Source: Caedibacter taeniospiralis
GTDB taxonomy: Bacteria > Pseudomonadota > Gammaproteobacteria > Francisellales > Francisellaceae
NCBI RefSeq assembly: GCF_002803295.2
Contig: NZ_PGGB02000006.1
Coordinates: 10,157 to 42,156, forward strand
Length of the DNA stretch: 32,000 nucleotides
Direction of reading: 5' to 3'
Part shown: positions 10,494 to 20,187 of the stretch, one piece after another
How positions within the stretch are numbered: the first letter of the stretch is position 1
Layout of the letters: each line of letters opens with the position of its first letter
Made by a program: the position numbers and the translations under genes
Notes under the pieces: generated by a model
What the model was told of the DNA's origin: nothing
What the model saw: only the letters and a program-made list of their open reading frames with translations
The model's database searches: none

Positions 10494-10598
10494 ACCATTA
10501 GGGCTGAAATCACCATCAAAGTCAGTGAAGCAAAACACAAACCATTAGCAAATTACAAGCGATAGTGTATACGTTTTTAAACTTGCTTAGCAAGTCAT

Positions 10599-11717
10599 CT
10601 AGCTTAGGTTTTCTGCGATAGTATTTTTTATGATCATAAGCTGTTGCTGTTCAATCTTGTTTGCAATGGTTTTTTTATTACGAACATCATTAATCAACAA
10701 GGCATAGTCGTAGGTTATAAGCCTGTATTGAATGTTTTTAGCGCACTTAAGCGATGATAAAGATGCAGTATTTTCATGATAGATATATTGCAGGGCGGTA
10801 ATAAATTGCTCAAACGCCCCATTGTCGCGTAGAGCATTGATTGCTTTTAACGCACTTAGGGTGTCTTTTTCTGGTTGGGTCCTGATGCTAGCAAAGAAAT
10901 GGCGGTAGCGATAAACATTTAAACATAGTGTTTGCATGGCGCGAGGAACCTTAAGTTCATCCAGGGTGTTTGATAGGGCTTGCTCTGTTAAAAGATGGTT
11001 AAGGATAAGTGCTGATAAAACATTAACGTCTTGACAGCCACCCTGTTTTGCGTAGACAAGTGCCCGAAGATCGTCTTTATTGAGTGAGTTTAACGCTTTA
11101 AGGATATGTTGACAGGCATTAACTTGCTGCAAAGTGAAAATAAAAACCTCAGGATTTGGTGTTGCCAGAGATTTAACAAGCTCTTGGAAAATGCGTTCAC
11201 TTGAAAGGCTTTCAAGCTCTTTATTTTCAACGATTTTCTGCATGAGTTTCAAAGTCTCTGTGGCAATAGTAAACCCCAGGTAATGGTATTTAGCAGCAAA
11301 ACGAGCCACCCTTAATACACGCAAGGGATCTTCAGAAAAAGCATCACTCACATGGCGAAGTTTTCTAGCAATGATGTCTTTTTGTCCGTTAAAAGGATCG
11401 TGGAGTATGCCATTTTCGTCTATTGCCATGGCATTAATCGTTAAATCACGGCGTTTTAAATCAGCGACAAGACTGACATCGTCAGTGTTGAATTGAAACC
11501 CTTTATATCCTTTATCAATTTTGTCTTCAGTTCTTGCAAGTGCGTACTCTTCATAGGTTTTAGGATGTAAGAATACGGGGAATTTTTTACCGACTTGAAT
11601 AAAGCCCTTTTCAAGCATTTCCTGTTCACTGCCATTGATCACAAGCCAGTCTTTATCCTCGATGTTTAAACCAAGCAGTTTGTCGCGTACAGCGCCGCCG
11701 ACAAGATAGATTTCCAT
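10599..11717 (-). CDS. cca: CCA tRNA nucleotidyltransferase (multifunctional, HD-domain-lacking or divergent form)
   Basis: MEIYLVGGAVRDKLLGLNIEDKDWLVING, RRDLTINAMAIDENGILHDPFNGQKDI, DPLRVLRVARFAAKY. Confidence 0.94.
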   Translation of the reverse strand: MEIYLVGGAVRDKLLGLNIEDKDWLVINGSEQEMLEKGFIQVGKKFPVFLHPKTYEEYALARTEDKIDKGYKGFQFNTDDVSLVADLKRRDLTINAMAIDENGILHDPFNGQKDIIARKLRHVSDAFSEDPLRVLRVARFAAKYHYLGFTIATETLKLMQKIVENKELESLSSERIFQELVKSLATPNPEVFIFTLQQVNACQHILKALNSLNKDDLRALVYAKQGGCQDVNVLSALILNHLLTEQALSNTLDELKVPRAMQTLCLNVYRYRHFFASIRTQPEKDTLSALKAINALRDNGAFEQFITALQYIYHENTASLSSLKCAKNIQYRLITYDYALLINDVRNKKTIANKIEQQQLMIIKNTIAENLS

Positions 11718-11808
11718 GTTTGTACCACGTTACCTGAGCTTATTCTTTATGTTACCAACAAATTTCGGTAAACTCTGTTTAATTTGTGATTTCCAAGATA
11801 AAAACAAC

Positions 11809-13569
11809 ATGCAAATTTCTGCTAATGCGCACAAGAAAACCTATAGTTTGTACAAAAGACTGCTCTGGGAAGTGCGCGCGCTGTGGCCATTATTACTCAT
11901 TTCGGTGATTGGCAGCATTATATATTCCGCTTGTGATGCCTATGCCATGTATTTGATTAAGCCCTTATTAAATAAAGGATTCACCCCGACAGGGGGGGAA
12001 TTCTTAAAAGGCATTGCGTTATTGTTTCTTGTGCTTTTTACCTTGCGTGGCGTGGGATCTTTTCTGTCATCATTTTTTATGGGGAAGCTCGGTGCGCAGG
12101 TGGTGTATCGCTTTCGTAAAAGAATGTTTGGCAAGTTTTTGGATCTTCCCGCACACTATTATGATAAAACGTCTTCGGGTAAGCTTTTGTCCAAGCTTTT
12201 GTACAACGTTGACCAGGTAACCAGTGCAACGGGTAACGCAATTATTACTGTGGTGCAAGATGGCACCTTTGTGATTGGTCTTATCATTGTGATGGTTGTA
12301 ACCAGCTGGCAGTTATCGATTACCGTGATTGTGGTGGCGCCATTTTTAGCCATTTTTATTACATGGATCAGTAAGAAATTTCGCCACTACAGTCGCAACA
12401 CCCAAGCTGCCATGGGCTCAGTGACGCACTTTGCCGAAGAAGCATTGATTAATTATAAGGAGATTCGCATTTTTGGTGGACAGAAATATCAACTACAGAA
12501 ATTTGATCAAAACCTGACTTACACTTATCGCCAGCAAATTAAGACTCTTATGCTTGATGGTTTATCATCACCGATCATCCAGTTTATTGGTGCAATTGTA
12601 ATTGCAGTAATTTTATTTATCGTCGCAACCTATGGTTTAAAGGAAGGTGGATGGCTTGATGCTGGTGGCTTTGTGGCGTTTTTTGCGTCGATGATGGCGA
12701 TTTTAAAGCCGATTAAAAATTTAACGAATGTGAACTCAACCATCCAAAAGGCAATTGCGGCAACTGAAGATATTTTTGAAATTCTGGATGCACAATCCGA
12801 AGAGGATACTGGGATAAAAACACTGGAAAAAGTGAAGGGTCACGTTGAATTTAAAGGCGTTCATTTTCAGTACCCCGAAAGTAAACAGATGGTGCTAAAA
12901 GAGATTAATCTCACGGCTGAAGCTGGGCAAACCGTTGCGTTGGTTGGGCGCTCAGGAGGGGGTAAAACGACGATAGTGAATTTATTGGCACGTTTCTATC
13001 AACCAACCAGGGGGCGGATCCTGCTGGATGGCGAAAATACGCAGTCATTAACTTTGGCAAACTTGCGTAGTCATATTTCGTTAGTATCGCAACATGTTAA
13101 TTTATTTGATGATACGCTTTTTCATAATATTGCTTATGGTCGCGAGGGTGAGGTTTCCGAGGAGGAAGTCATTCAAGCAGCGAAAGCGGCAAATGCGTGG
13201 GAGTTTATCGAAAAGCTTCCAAAAGGCTTATATACCGAGGTCGGGCAAAACGGCTTAAGCCTTTCAGGTGGGCAGCGTCAGCGTGTTGCCATCGCCAGAG
13301 CACTGTTGAAAAATGCGCCTGTGTTAATTTTAGATGAAGCAACGAGTGCGCTTGATAATGAGTCAGAACGTATTGTGCAGCAAGCACTTGAGAGACTCAT
13401 GAAAAACCGCACGACTTTTGTGGTAGCGCACAGATTATCAACAGTTGAACATGCGGATCAAATTGTGGTCATGGACGGTGGCGAAATTGTTGAGATCGGC
13501 AATCATCAATCGCTTTTAGAAAATGAAAACGGCTTGTATTACCAGCTATATCATCAATCACTTCACTAG
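11809..13569 (+). CDS. msbA: Lipid A export ABC transporter, ATP-binding/permease protein
   Basis: TM domain followed by Walker A GRSGGGKTT, signature LSGGQRQR, Walker B VLILDEATSALD. The start at 11809 (MQISANAHKK) is preferred over the tracked 11716. It directly precedes lpxK. Confidence 0.93.
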   Translation: MQISANAHKKTYSLYKRLLWEVRALWPLLLISVIGSIIYSACDAYAMYLIKPLLNKGFTPTGGEFLKGIALLFLVLFTLRGVGSFLSSFFMGKLGAQVVYRFRKRMFGKFLDLPAHYYDKTSSGKLLSKLLYNVDQVTSATGNAIITVVQDGTFVIGLIIVMVVTSWQLSITVIVVAPFLAIFITWISKKFRHYSRNTQAAMGSVTHFAEEALINYKEIRIFGGQKYQLQKFDQNLTYTYRQQIKTLMLDGLSSPIIQFIGAIVIAVILFIVATYGLKEGGWLDAGGFVAFFASMMAILKPIKNLTNVNSTIQKAIAATEDIFEILDAQSEEDTGIKTLEKVKGHVEFKGVHFQYPESKQMVLKEINLTAEAGQTVALVGRSGGGKTTIVNLLARFYQPTRGRILLDGENTQSLTLANLRSHISLVSQHVNLFDDTLFHNIAYGREGEVSEEEVIQAAKAANAWEFIEKLPKGLYTEVGQNGLSLSGGQRQRVAIARALLKNAPVLILDEATSALDNESERIVQQALERLMKNRTTFVVAHRLSTVEHADQIVVMDGGEIVEIGNHQSLLENENGLYYQLYHQSLH

Positions 13570-13585
13570 AACTTAAGTCATTTCG

Positions 13586-14602
13586 ATGCAGAAAGATTGG
13601 TATCAAACACATAAAACCTGGCGTGCCATTTTGCTTATGCCATTGTCATGGGTGTTTTCGTTTAGCGCACACGAACGTAAACTTGTATTGCAACGGCACG
13701 CTTATAAAAGCATGCTTCCCATTATTGTGGTTGGTAACATCGCTGTTGGCGGCACGGGCAAAACTCCTGTTGTACAGGTTCTGTGTCAGTATTTGCAAAA
13801 AAAAGGCTATTATCCTGCGATAATCACGCGAGGATTTGGTGGCAAGGCTAAGCATTACCCATTTGCCATTAATGAGCAGTGCTCTCCTAAAGAGTGTGGT
13901 GATGAGCCATATATGCTAAGCAAGTTACTTCAAGGCATTCCAATCGTTGTTTCACCAAAACGAGTTGATTCAGTTAAGTGGATCGAAAGTCGATTGCCAA
14001 AGGTTAATGTCATTATCAGTGATGATGGGTTACAGCATTATGCTATGGCGCGTGATATTGAAATAGCCGTCGTTGACGGACAGCGTATGTTTGGTAATGG
14101 TTTGTGTTTGCCAGCAGGTCGCTTGCGTGAGCCTGTCAGACGCTTGAAAAAAGTGGATTTTGTAATCATTAATGGTGGTGCTAATAAACGCGATTGCGAG
14201 GGAATCACTGCATTTGGGATGGAGTTAAAAGCAGATGCTTTGGTTAATATCGCCACTGGAGAACCACATTCAATTGCTGCTTTTATCATGAAATACGGCA
14301 AGGCTTGCTATGCGATTGCAGGCATTGGTAATCCCGATCGTTTTTTTGAAAGCTTACGCAGATTGGGTTTTAACGAATTAAAGGCACATCCATTTGCCGA
14401 CCATTATGCGTATAATCACAAGGACTTTGACTTTGTTACGCATGCAAATATGCCTGTAGTCATGACTCATAAGGATGCGGTTAAGTGTCAGTCGTTTGCA
14501 AAGGGTAACTGGTATTATCTGGCAGTTTTGCCAGCGATAGATAACGGTTTTTTTGAGGATGTTAGCGAAAGCCTGTCCTTGCTGGAAAAGGCAAAAAGGT
14601 GA
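13586..14602 (+). CDS. lpxK: Tetraacyldisaccharide 4'-kinase
   Basis: VVGNIAVGGTGKTPVV Walker A, RGFGGKA, IISDDGLQHYAMARDIEIAVVDG, and NGLCLPAGRLREP. Confidence 0.96.
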   Translation: MQKDWYQTHKTWRAILLMPLSWVFSFSAHERKLVLQRHAYKSMLPIIVVGNIAVGGTGKTPVVQVLCQYLQKKGYYPAIITRGFGGKAKHYPFAINEQCSPKECGDEPYMLSKLLQGIPIVVSPKRVDSVKWIESRLPKVNVIISDDGLQHYAMARDIEIAVVDGQRMFGNGLCLPAGRLREPVRRLKKVDFVIINGGANKRDCEGITAFGMELKADALVNIATGEPHSIAAFIMKYGKACYAIAGIGNPDRFFESLRRLGFNELKAHPFADHYAYNHKDFDFVTHANMPVVMTHKDAVKCQSFAKGNWYYLAVLPAIDNGFFEDVSESLSLLEKAKR

Positions 14603-14619
14603 CTTAACAGAGAGTTGGG

Positions 14620-15204
14620 TTAGGGGTGATGCGCCAATTCAATATAACTCACAGGATTATCAGGGCACTCGCTAAAACCGCATTCAGCAAAGGTTGAAAT
14701 GATATTGGCAGCGATCATGATCACAAGGATCAGAAATACCATGTGGCTAAACATGCGAATTTTCTCCGCTTTTGCCTCAGCAATTTCAGCTTTATTTTGT
14801 TGGGTTTCATACTGCTGGGTTATGCCAAGGACAAGTGCAATGTAGATAATCGCGACAACACACAGTATGAATACCCAGGTGTACATGTGTAGTCCAAAAA
14901 TAGCAGAGCCGTATCCAAGAGGATCATTGATGTGTAACGCCATTTGGCGCATGGCAACGAAAGACGTTAAAACAGCCGAAAGCAGTGATAAACTATAATG
15001 CGCAGGGCGCACATGATAACGGATGTTTAATAAGAAGCCAAAGGCGATCCCTAATAAGCCCAGGCGCTGTAGCAAACACAGAGGGCAAGGGAGCTCATCC
15101 AATATAAATTGAAATAAAAATGCCATCAAAATAACGAGTGTGATGGCGAGGATTTCAATCGCATTAAATCATTTGACCAGGTTGTTGATTTGTGAAGCTT
15201 GCAT
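14620..15204 (-). pseudogene. dsbB: Disulfide bond formation protein B family; reading frame interrupted by in-frame TGA at codon 12
   Basis: The 14620-15129 ORF (LPCPLCLLQRLG...) is DsbB-like. In the same frame upstream there is aaggag-aattgagc-ATG at 15204, reading MQASQINNLVK-TGA(15169-15171)-FNAIEILAITLVILMAFLFQF. The intact frame would be 194 codons. Confidence 0.7.
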
Positions 15205-15216
15205 GCTCAATTCTCC

Positions 15217-15375
15217 TTAGAAGTGTAAACCAAGGTGATCAGTAGCGTGATGTAAAAACACCAACCCCATCACAATTAAAAACAGGAAAAAAAGGGTAAT
15301 TCCCGCCTTGCGATTAAACCAGGCCGTTAGTACGCTGATTAAGAGCAGCAAAAAGGTGAATAAGATTCCAGGCAT
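15217..15375 (-). CDS. Small membrane protein (52 aa), DUF5993-like, in tandem with dsbB
   Basis: Manual translation is MPGILFTFLLLLISVLTAWFNRKAGITLFFLFLIVMGLVFLHHATDHLGLHF*. Its stop overlaps the dsbB Shine-Dalgarno region. It was not in the supplied ORF track (under the size cutoff). Confidence 0.7.
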   Translation of the reverse strand: MPGILFTFLLLLISVLTAWFNRKAGITLFFLFLIVMGLVFLHHATDHLGLHF

Positions 15376-15600
15376 ATTGGTTACTCCATTAATTAAAAAT
15401 AAACACCTTGCGAGTATAGCTTAAGTTTTGCTTGTAGTGTTCAGTTTGCATGAACGAAACAATGCCAGGTTTCTTTGTCATCATAGCAATTTAAGATAAT
15501 ATTACTCAAAGACCAATATCAAGAGCGAAGACATTAATTTGAGTGTTCAAAGTGGAAGAGCTTCCCAAAATTCCTATGGGGAGAGAGAACAGGAGATTGA

Positions 15601-16461
15601 CTATAATTTTAACCTTTTAACCAAAACATCCTGTTTTGCGTGATGTAATACTGCGTTTGCGGTGGATCCCAGGAAAAATCGACCAAAGGCACCACGCTGG
15701 TGGCTTCCCATGATGATTAAGCCATAGCCATGAGAGTTTGCAGTTTCAGTAATTTCATCCGCGGCACTGCCAGATTGCAGATAACGCTGCCCCTTGAATT
15801 GATGTTTATTAGACCAGGTTTCAAGCGTTTGTTGCATATCTTCAGTCAGCTGTGTTTGCACCTCAGGGACAATCCCGTAGATTCCAGTCACGACGGTGGG
15901 GTCACCCTCAACGCAAATCGTAGAGACAGAAGCTGAGAAAGCATGTGCAACTTCCTGCGCTAACTGGGCAACTTCTGCACTATCATCTTCCAGATCAGTA
16001 GCAAGGAGAATCTTATTGTAGTGGGTGACCTGGTTAGGGACATTTCCACGGATACGAACCGTTAAAACATCACATTTAGACTTATGTAATACGCTGTTAG
16101 CCGTCGATCCTAGCAAAAGGTTTAACCCATGGCGTGCATGAGAGCCAATGATAATTAAGTCGCAGTCATGTTCTTCTGCATAGTGAGTGATTTCATAATT
16201 TGGATTGCCTTGGGCAATGTGAAATTCAGTACTGATGCCATCAAATTTCGGCTTTATTTCTCGCAGCTTTTGTCTGGCGTTTTCCTGCAAACTTTTTTGA
16301 AAATCCATTGCCGCGGGGACAAACTCCGCCGCATTATCAATAACCGTGATCACATCAAGTTTTAACTTTAATTTCTGAGCAACTGCCACTGCAGAGGCAA
16401 TTACATGCTCAGTGTTCTCGTAAATATTGATGGCAACCAGTGCTTTTTTGTATGTCATCAT
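15601..16461 (-). CDS. Tandem universal stress protein (two Usp domains)
   Basis: Two repeats of the Usp ATP-binding signature: IIIGSHARHGLNLLLGSTANSVLHKSKCDVLTVR and IIMGSHQRGAFGRFFLGSTANAVLHHAKQDVLVKR. Confidence 0.93.
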   Translation of the reverse strand: MMTYKKALVAINIYENTEHVIASAVAVAQKLKLKLDVITVIDNAAEFVPAAMDFQKSLQENARQKLREIKPKFDGISTEFHIAQGNPNYEITHYAEEHDCDLIIIGSHARHGLNLLLGSTANSVLHKSKCDVLTVRIRGNVPNQVTHYNKILLATDLEDDSAEVAQLAQEVAHAFSASVSTICVEGDPTVVTGIYGIVPEVQTQLTEDMQQTLETWSNKHQFKGQRYLQSGSAADEITETANSHGYGLIIMGSHQRGAFGRFFLGSTANAVLHHAKQDVLVKRLKL

Positions 16462-16649
16462 TAAACTCCCTATTGTGTTTAGCCATGAGTGAAAATTCCA
16501 CGAACCCAGTGTAACAATAGTTTCTGCGAACTGCTAGGGCGCATTTCAAATTTGTGGGCGCGGAATGACGATTAAGCGCCTAAAGTCACAAACGGTTTTA
16601 GACCATCATTTGGTGAGTTCTTAATGTTACATCCATCGGGCATAAACAT

Positions 16650-17678
16650 TCACCTTTGCGCCGCTTCGATTAGTTGTAACGTATCTATTAATTTCTTAAA
16701 TGAAAACATCAGCAAACTGGCGTGTCTAAGATCACTTTGAATATTCATCGATTGACTAAATTCTTTCAAAAAGTCATTTAACTGACCATAATCCGTGACG
16801 TATTCAGCATGGTCAAAGGTCTGACTTTTCAGGTTTAAGCTTAGTTTCATGGAAACTTCATTGATTTTATTGTACATCGAAACAAACGCAGGGTTTTCCG
16901 CGAATTTTTGCCGTTTTTGCGGATAAGCTTCGACATAATCATAAATCACACAGGTATAGCGATAAAATTGACGCAAATGGCGCGTGGTAGCTTTAAGCGC
17001 ATCGATATCAATGTGCGTACTCTCGTGCATGATTTCTTTGTGCAGCACGATTTGTCTTGAGAAATGACCAAAGATTTCGACTAATATATCGCCGTAATCC
17101 CCACCTGCAAATAACCTCTGATTAAGTTTATGGATACAATTTATCGTATCAGCAAAGGATTGATAAATGCGCTTGTGCGCGTGAATAGGAAAGAAGTAGC
17201 GATTGACAATAATCGCTATGATTATTCCAACTAAAACTTCCAATGTACGATAACATGCGGTTTCAAGGCTCACATTGCTGCTAAATAAAATAATCGCCAC
17301 GGTCACAGCGCCTAAAACCCCCGCATACGTATATTTGTTTGAGCTTGTTGCTGTAAAGACAGCCACGGCAATCAGACAAAATCCCAAAACAAGTTGCATC
17401 ACCCAAAGTGTTGGGAAAATTAAGATAACAATAATTGAAGACCCTGCCCCTAGTAAAGTCCCTAAAAAACGCATCTTGGCTTTCTCAAGCGTACCCCCTA
17501 GATTGGGTTGGCTTGACATCACGACCAAAACAGTAATGACAATCCAATCATACATCTGCTCAATATCCAACCATTTGCCAAGAAGATGTCCAACGGCATA
17601 GGCAATCGCACTTGCCAAGACTGCTTTTAGCGCGTTGATTAGCGAATATCTTTTACTGTAAAGCATACTGGTGATCAC
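16650..17678 (-). CDS. FUSC-family / aromatic acid exporter-like membrane protein
   Basis: YSLINALKAVLASAIAYAVGHLLG...TVLVVMSSQPNLGGTLEKAKMRFLGTLLGA...RTLEVLVGIIIAIIVNRYFFP, the typical FUSC N-terminal TM bundle and soluble tail. Confidence 0.8.
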   Translation of the reverse strand: MITSMLYSKRYSLINALKAVLASAIAYAVGHLLGKWLDIEQMYDWIVITVLVVMSSQPNLGGTLEKAKMRFLGTLLGAGSSIIVILIFPTLWVMQLVLGFCLIAVAVFTATSSNKYTYAGVLGAVTVAIILFSSNVSLETACYRTLEVLVGIIIAIIVNRYFFPIHAHKRIYQSFADTINCIHKLNQRLFAGGDYGDILVEIFGHFSRQIVLHKEIMHESTHIDIDALKATTRHLRQFYRYTCVIYDYVEAYPQKRQKFAENPAFVSMYNKINEVSMKLSLNLKSQTFDHAEYVTDYGQLNDFLKEFSQSMNIQSDLRHASLLMFSFKKLIDTLQLIEAAQR

Positions 17679-17789
17679 GATAAATCTCCTGTCATTTCTA
17701 CCAGCGTCAGTATAGCGCCAAATAGTGCACGGTTTTAGATGACAAGCAAAATGGTGTTGCTATTATAAGCCTGTTTTTTTAGCTTTTTA

Positions 17790-19145
17790 GTGACAGGAAT
17801 TTATATGAAACCGATTTCTACCGTGCGCTTAGCTTTCTATTCGCTGATCATCGTTGCCGCAAGCATCGGCGCTTTTGTTTACTGGCAAATCAGCAGTTAC
17901 CCAAAAGAGTTTAACAATATCGTTTTTGTATTTGCCTACGCACTTATGCTTATATTTGTCAGTATGCCACTTTTCCTTTCAGAGACCATCTCAGGGTTCT
18001 TAAGCAAAAAAACACTTACAGGCAGCTTACACTATGTTTCACGCTCTCGGCGTTTGCGCTTTATTGGTCTGTTATCGCTGACACTGGCTGCTTTACTGCT
18101 TATCCTTGTGAGTACACGAATGTCAACAATAAGCACAAGCCTTGTCTATACAAGTCTCTGGTACATAAGCCAATCTCCTGAAGAAACCCTTTTCCTTATT
18201 GATCATTTCACCCTTGTCATTAGCCTAATCTTAAGCTCGCTGATCGTTTTGGTCATTTGGCTTGCCCAAACCCGTCAGCGTTTTCTGAACTTGGCTTGTG
18301 CTTTTTCCACTTTGGGGCTTGCCTCTTTGGTTGGGCTGTTTATTGTGAATACCCTTAACATAGGGAGTGCAACCAGTCATTTTTTTACGCCAAATTTCCA
18401 TTTACTCTCATTGATAGATGTCTGGGGAAGCGCCCTAAGTTTAGCCCTTTTCTCAGGTTTAATTGGGCTTGGAATTAACTCCGTTTTAGGGACGCATTTA
18501 AATGCTCAATGCCCGATTCGCCGCTTTAGCTCGATGTTTGCGATTGGCAGCATTCTTGCCGTGATCGTTATTATGCTTGTGCAAAGCTTGTATGTTAGCG
18601 GTGGTGGATCTACTTCAGAAGCCTTAGGTTTTCAGTATGCTTACACATTAAATCTATTGTCTTTTGGCGTGTTTTTCTTCTGTTTATTGACGGCAGCCAT
18701 ATTATTGTGCCAAACGTTCAAAGGCTTGGGCGCTTCAGCATCTACGCATAAATGGTATGTTTATCTGCCACTTTTTATTCTTCTTTTGGCAGCAGTAATA
18801 CTATATCAACATGTTTTGGCAAAGACCGCACAGCAAATCATCCAAAGCGAACTCATTTTCAATTTAATTTTCGTGATTGCCTACATTGAGATACTTGCAT
18901 TTGGCTGGATCTGTGATGCACAAAAATTAAGCTACCAGTTTCATAAAGCCACAAACATAAAACTTTCTGCCATTTACAACTTAAGCTTGCGCTTAATTGC
19001 TCCTGGCGCCATTTTAACTGCATTTATCCAAAAAATATTAAGCATTTGGTTAGGCGTTCATTGGATAACGATGGCTGGCATATTTCTGGTGTCACTTATT
19101 TTCACTGTGATACTTGGGAGTTTTTTACATCGTAGATTCCAGTAA
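17790..19145 (+). CDS. Multi-TM membrane protein, possibly a divergent neurotransmitter:sodium symporter (NSS/SNF)-like protein
   Basis: About 12 hydrophobic segments. NSS-like spacing includes GAFVYWQ...VFAYALMLIFVSMPLFLSETISG near the N-terminus, DVWGSALSLALFSGLIGLGINSVLG mid-protein, and FGWICDAQKLSYQFHKATNIKLSAIYNLSLRLIAPGAIL near the C-terminus. Confidence 0.45.
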   Translation: MTGIYMKPISTVRLAFYSLIIVAASIGAFVYWQISSYPKEFNNIVFVFAYALMLIFVSMPLFLSETISGFLSKKTLTGSLHYVSRSRRLRFIGLLSLTLAALLLILVSTRMSTISTSLVYTSLWYISQSPEETLFLIDHFTLVISLILSSLIVLVIWLAQTRQRFLNLACAFSTLGLASLVGLFIVNTLNIGSATSHFFTPNFHLLSLIDVWGSALSLALFSGLIGLGINSVLGTHLNAQCPIRRFSSMFAIGSILAVIVIMLVQSLYVSGGGSTSEALGFQYAYTLNLLSFGVFFFCLLTAAILLCQTFKGLGASASTHKWYVYLPLFILLLAAVILYQHVLAKTAQQIIQSELIFNLIFVIAYIEILAFGWICDAQKLSYQFHKATNIKLSAIYNLSLRLIAPGAILTAFIQKILSIWLGVHWITMAGIFLVSLIFTVILGSFLHRRFQ

Positions 19146-19210
19146 TGTCCTTGACGTGAAGCTATGCTCAGATTATTCTCAACCCTTCATGTAAGTTGTA
19201 CACAAAAATA

Positions 19211-20182
19211 ATGCTAAGCCTTAAACAAATCCAGCAATTATTAAATCATGACATTGAGCAGAATCATCAGGTCATCATTAACCAATTAAGCTCTGATGTC
19301 GTACTGATTAACCAGATTAGCCACTATATTATTCATAGTGGTGGCAAACGCCTGCGCCCACTTTTGTTAATGCTGGTTGCGCGTGCTTTGGCTTATAAAG
19401 GGCAAGCGCACACTAAAGCTGCGGCTATTATTGAGTTTATTCACACGGCAACACTTTTGCATGATGATGTTGTGGATGAATCAGCATTACGCCGCGGCAA
19501 AGACACAGCCAATAATGTCTTTGGTAATGCCGCCTCTGTATTAACGGGTGATTTTCTTTATTCACGTGCGTTTCAAATGATGGTCGAGCTTGATCAAATG
19601 AAAATCATGCAGATCCTGGCAAATGCCACGAATAAAATTGCTGAGGGTGAAGTTTTGCAGTTACTTAATTGTAATAACCCCGACATCACCGAAACGCAAT
19701 ATATGGAGGTTATCTATTGCAAAACCGCCAAACTATTCGAGGCAGCATGTGATGTTGCAAGCATCATTGCTGATGCGCCAACTTCAACTCAACATGCTTT
19801 ACGGCAATATGGCATTCACCTTGGCAATGCCTTTCAGATTGCTGATGATGTGCTGGATTATACCGCGGATAGCAACACTCTAGGTAAAAACATCGGGGAT
19901 GACTTGGCTGAGGGTAAGGTTACACTACCAGTCATCTATGCTTTACAAGGTTCACTTGACAAAGAGAAAGCGCTAATCCGTGAGGCAATAGAACAGGGAC
20001 ATCACCCTGAAATGGATAAAATCATTCAAATTATCAACCAAAGTGGTGCGATTGAATATGCCACCCAAAAAGCACAGCAATCCGCGAAACTTGCCATTGA
20101 GGCACTCATTGTTTTATCCGATTCAGTATATAAGGATGCCCTGATTTCACTTGCACATATCGCTGTTGAGAGAACGCATTAG
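19211..20182 (+). CDS. ispB: Polyprenyl (octaprenyl) diphosphate synthase
   Basis: GGKRLRPLLLMLVARAL, LLHDDVVDESALRRG (first Asp-rich motif), GNAFQIADDVLDYTADSNTLGKNIGDDLAEGKVTLP (second Asp-rich motif). Confidence 0.96.
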   Translation: MLSLKQIQQLLNHDIEQNHQVIINQLSSDVVLINQISHYIIHSGGKRLRPLLLMLVARALAYKGQAHTKAAAIIEFIHTATLLHDDVVDESALRRGKDTANNVFGNAASVLTGDFLYSRAFQMMVELDQMKIMQILANATNKIAEGEVLQLLNCNNPDITETQYMEVIYCKTAKLFEAACDVASIIADAPTSTQHALRQYGIHLGNAFQIADDVLDYTADSNTLGKNIGDDLAEGKVTLPVIYALQGSLDKEKALIREAIEQGHHPEMDKIIQIINQSGAIEYATQKAQQSAKLAIEALIVLSDSVYKDALISLAHIAVERTH

Positions 20183-20187
20183 CCATT

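Noticed and set aside
10247-10540. 97-aa minus-strand ORF between nrdA and cca
   Set aside because: It consists of repeat-derived sequence with hairpins and a dispersed repeat. I saw no recognisable domain and no good start context, so I treat it as non-coding.
9843-10560. Possible tmRNA, RNase P RNA, 6S RNA or group II intron in the nrdA-cca gap
   Set aside because: I could not find the tmRNA termini, RNase P core motifs or an intron domain V. An Infernal scan would settle it.
11716-11808. N-terminal extension of the msbA ORF
   Set aside because: It overlaps the divergent cca start codon. MQISANAHKKTYSLYKRLLWEV at 11809 is the likelier start.
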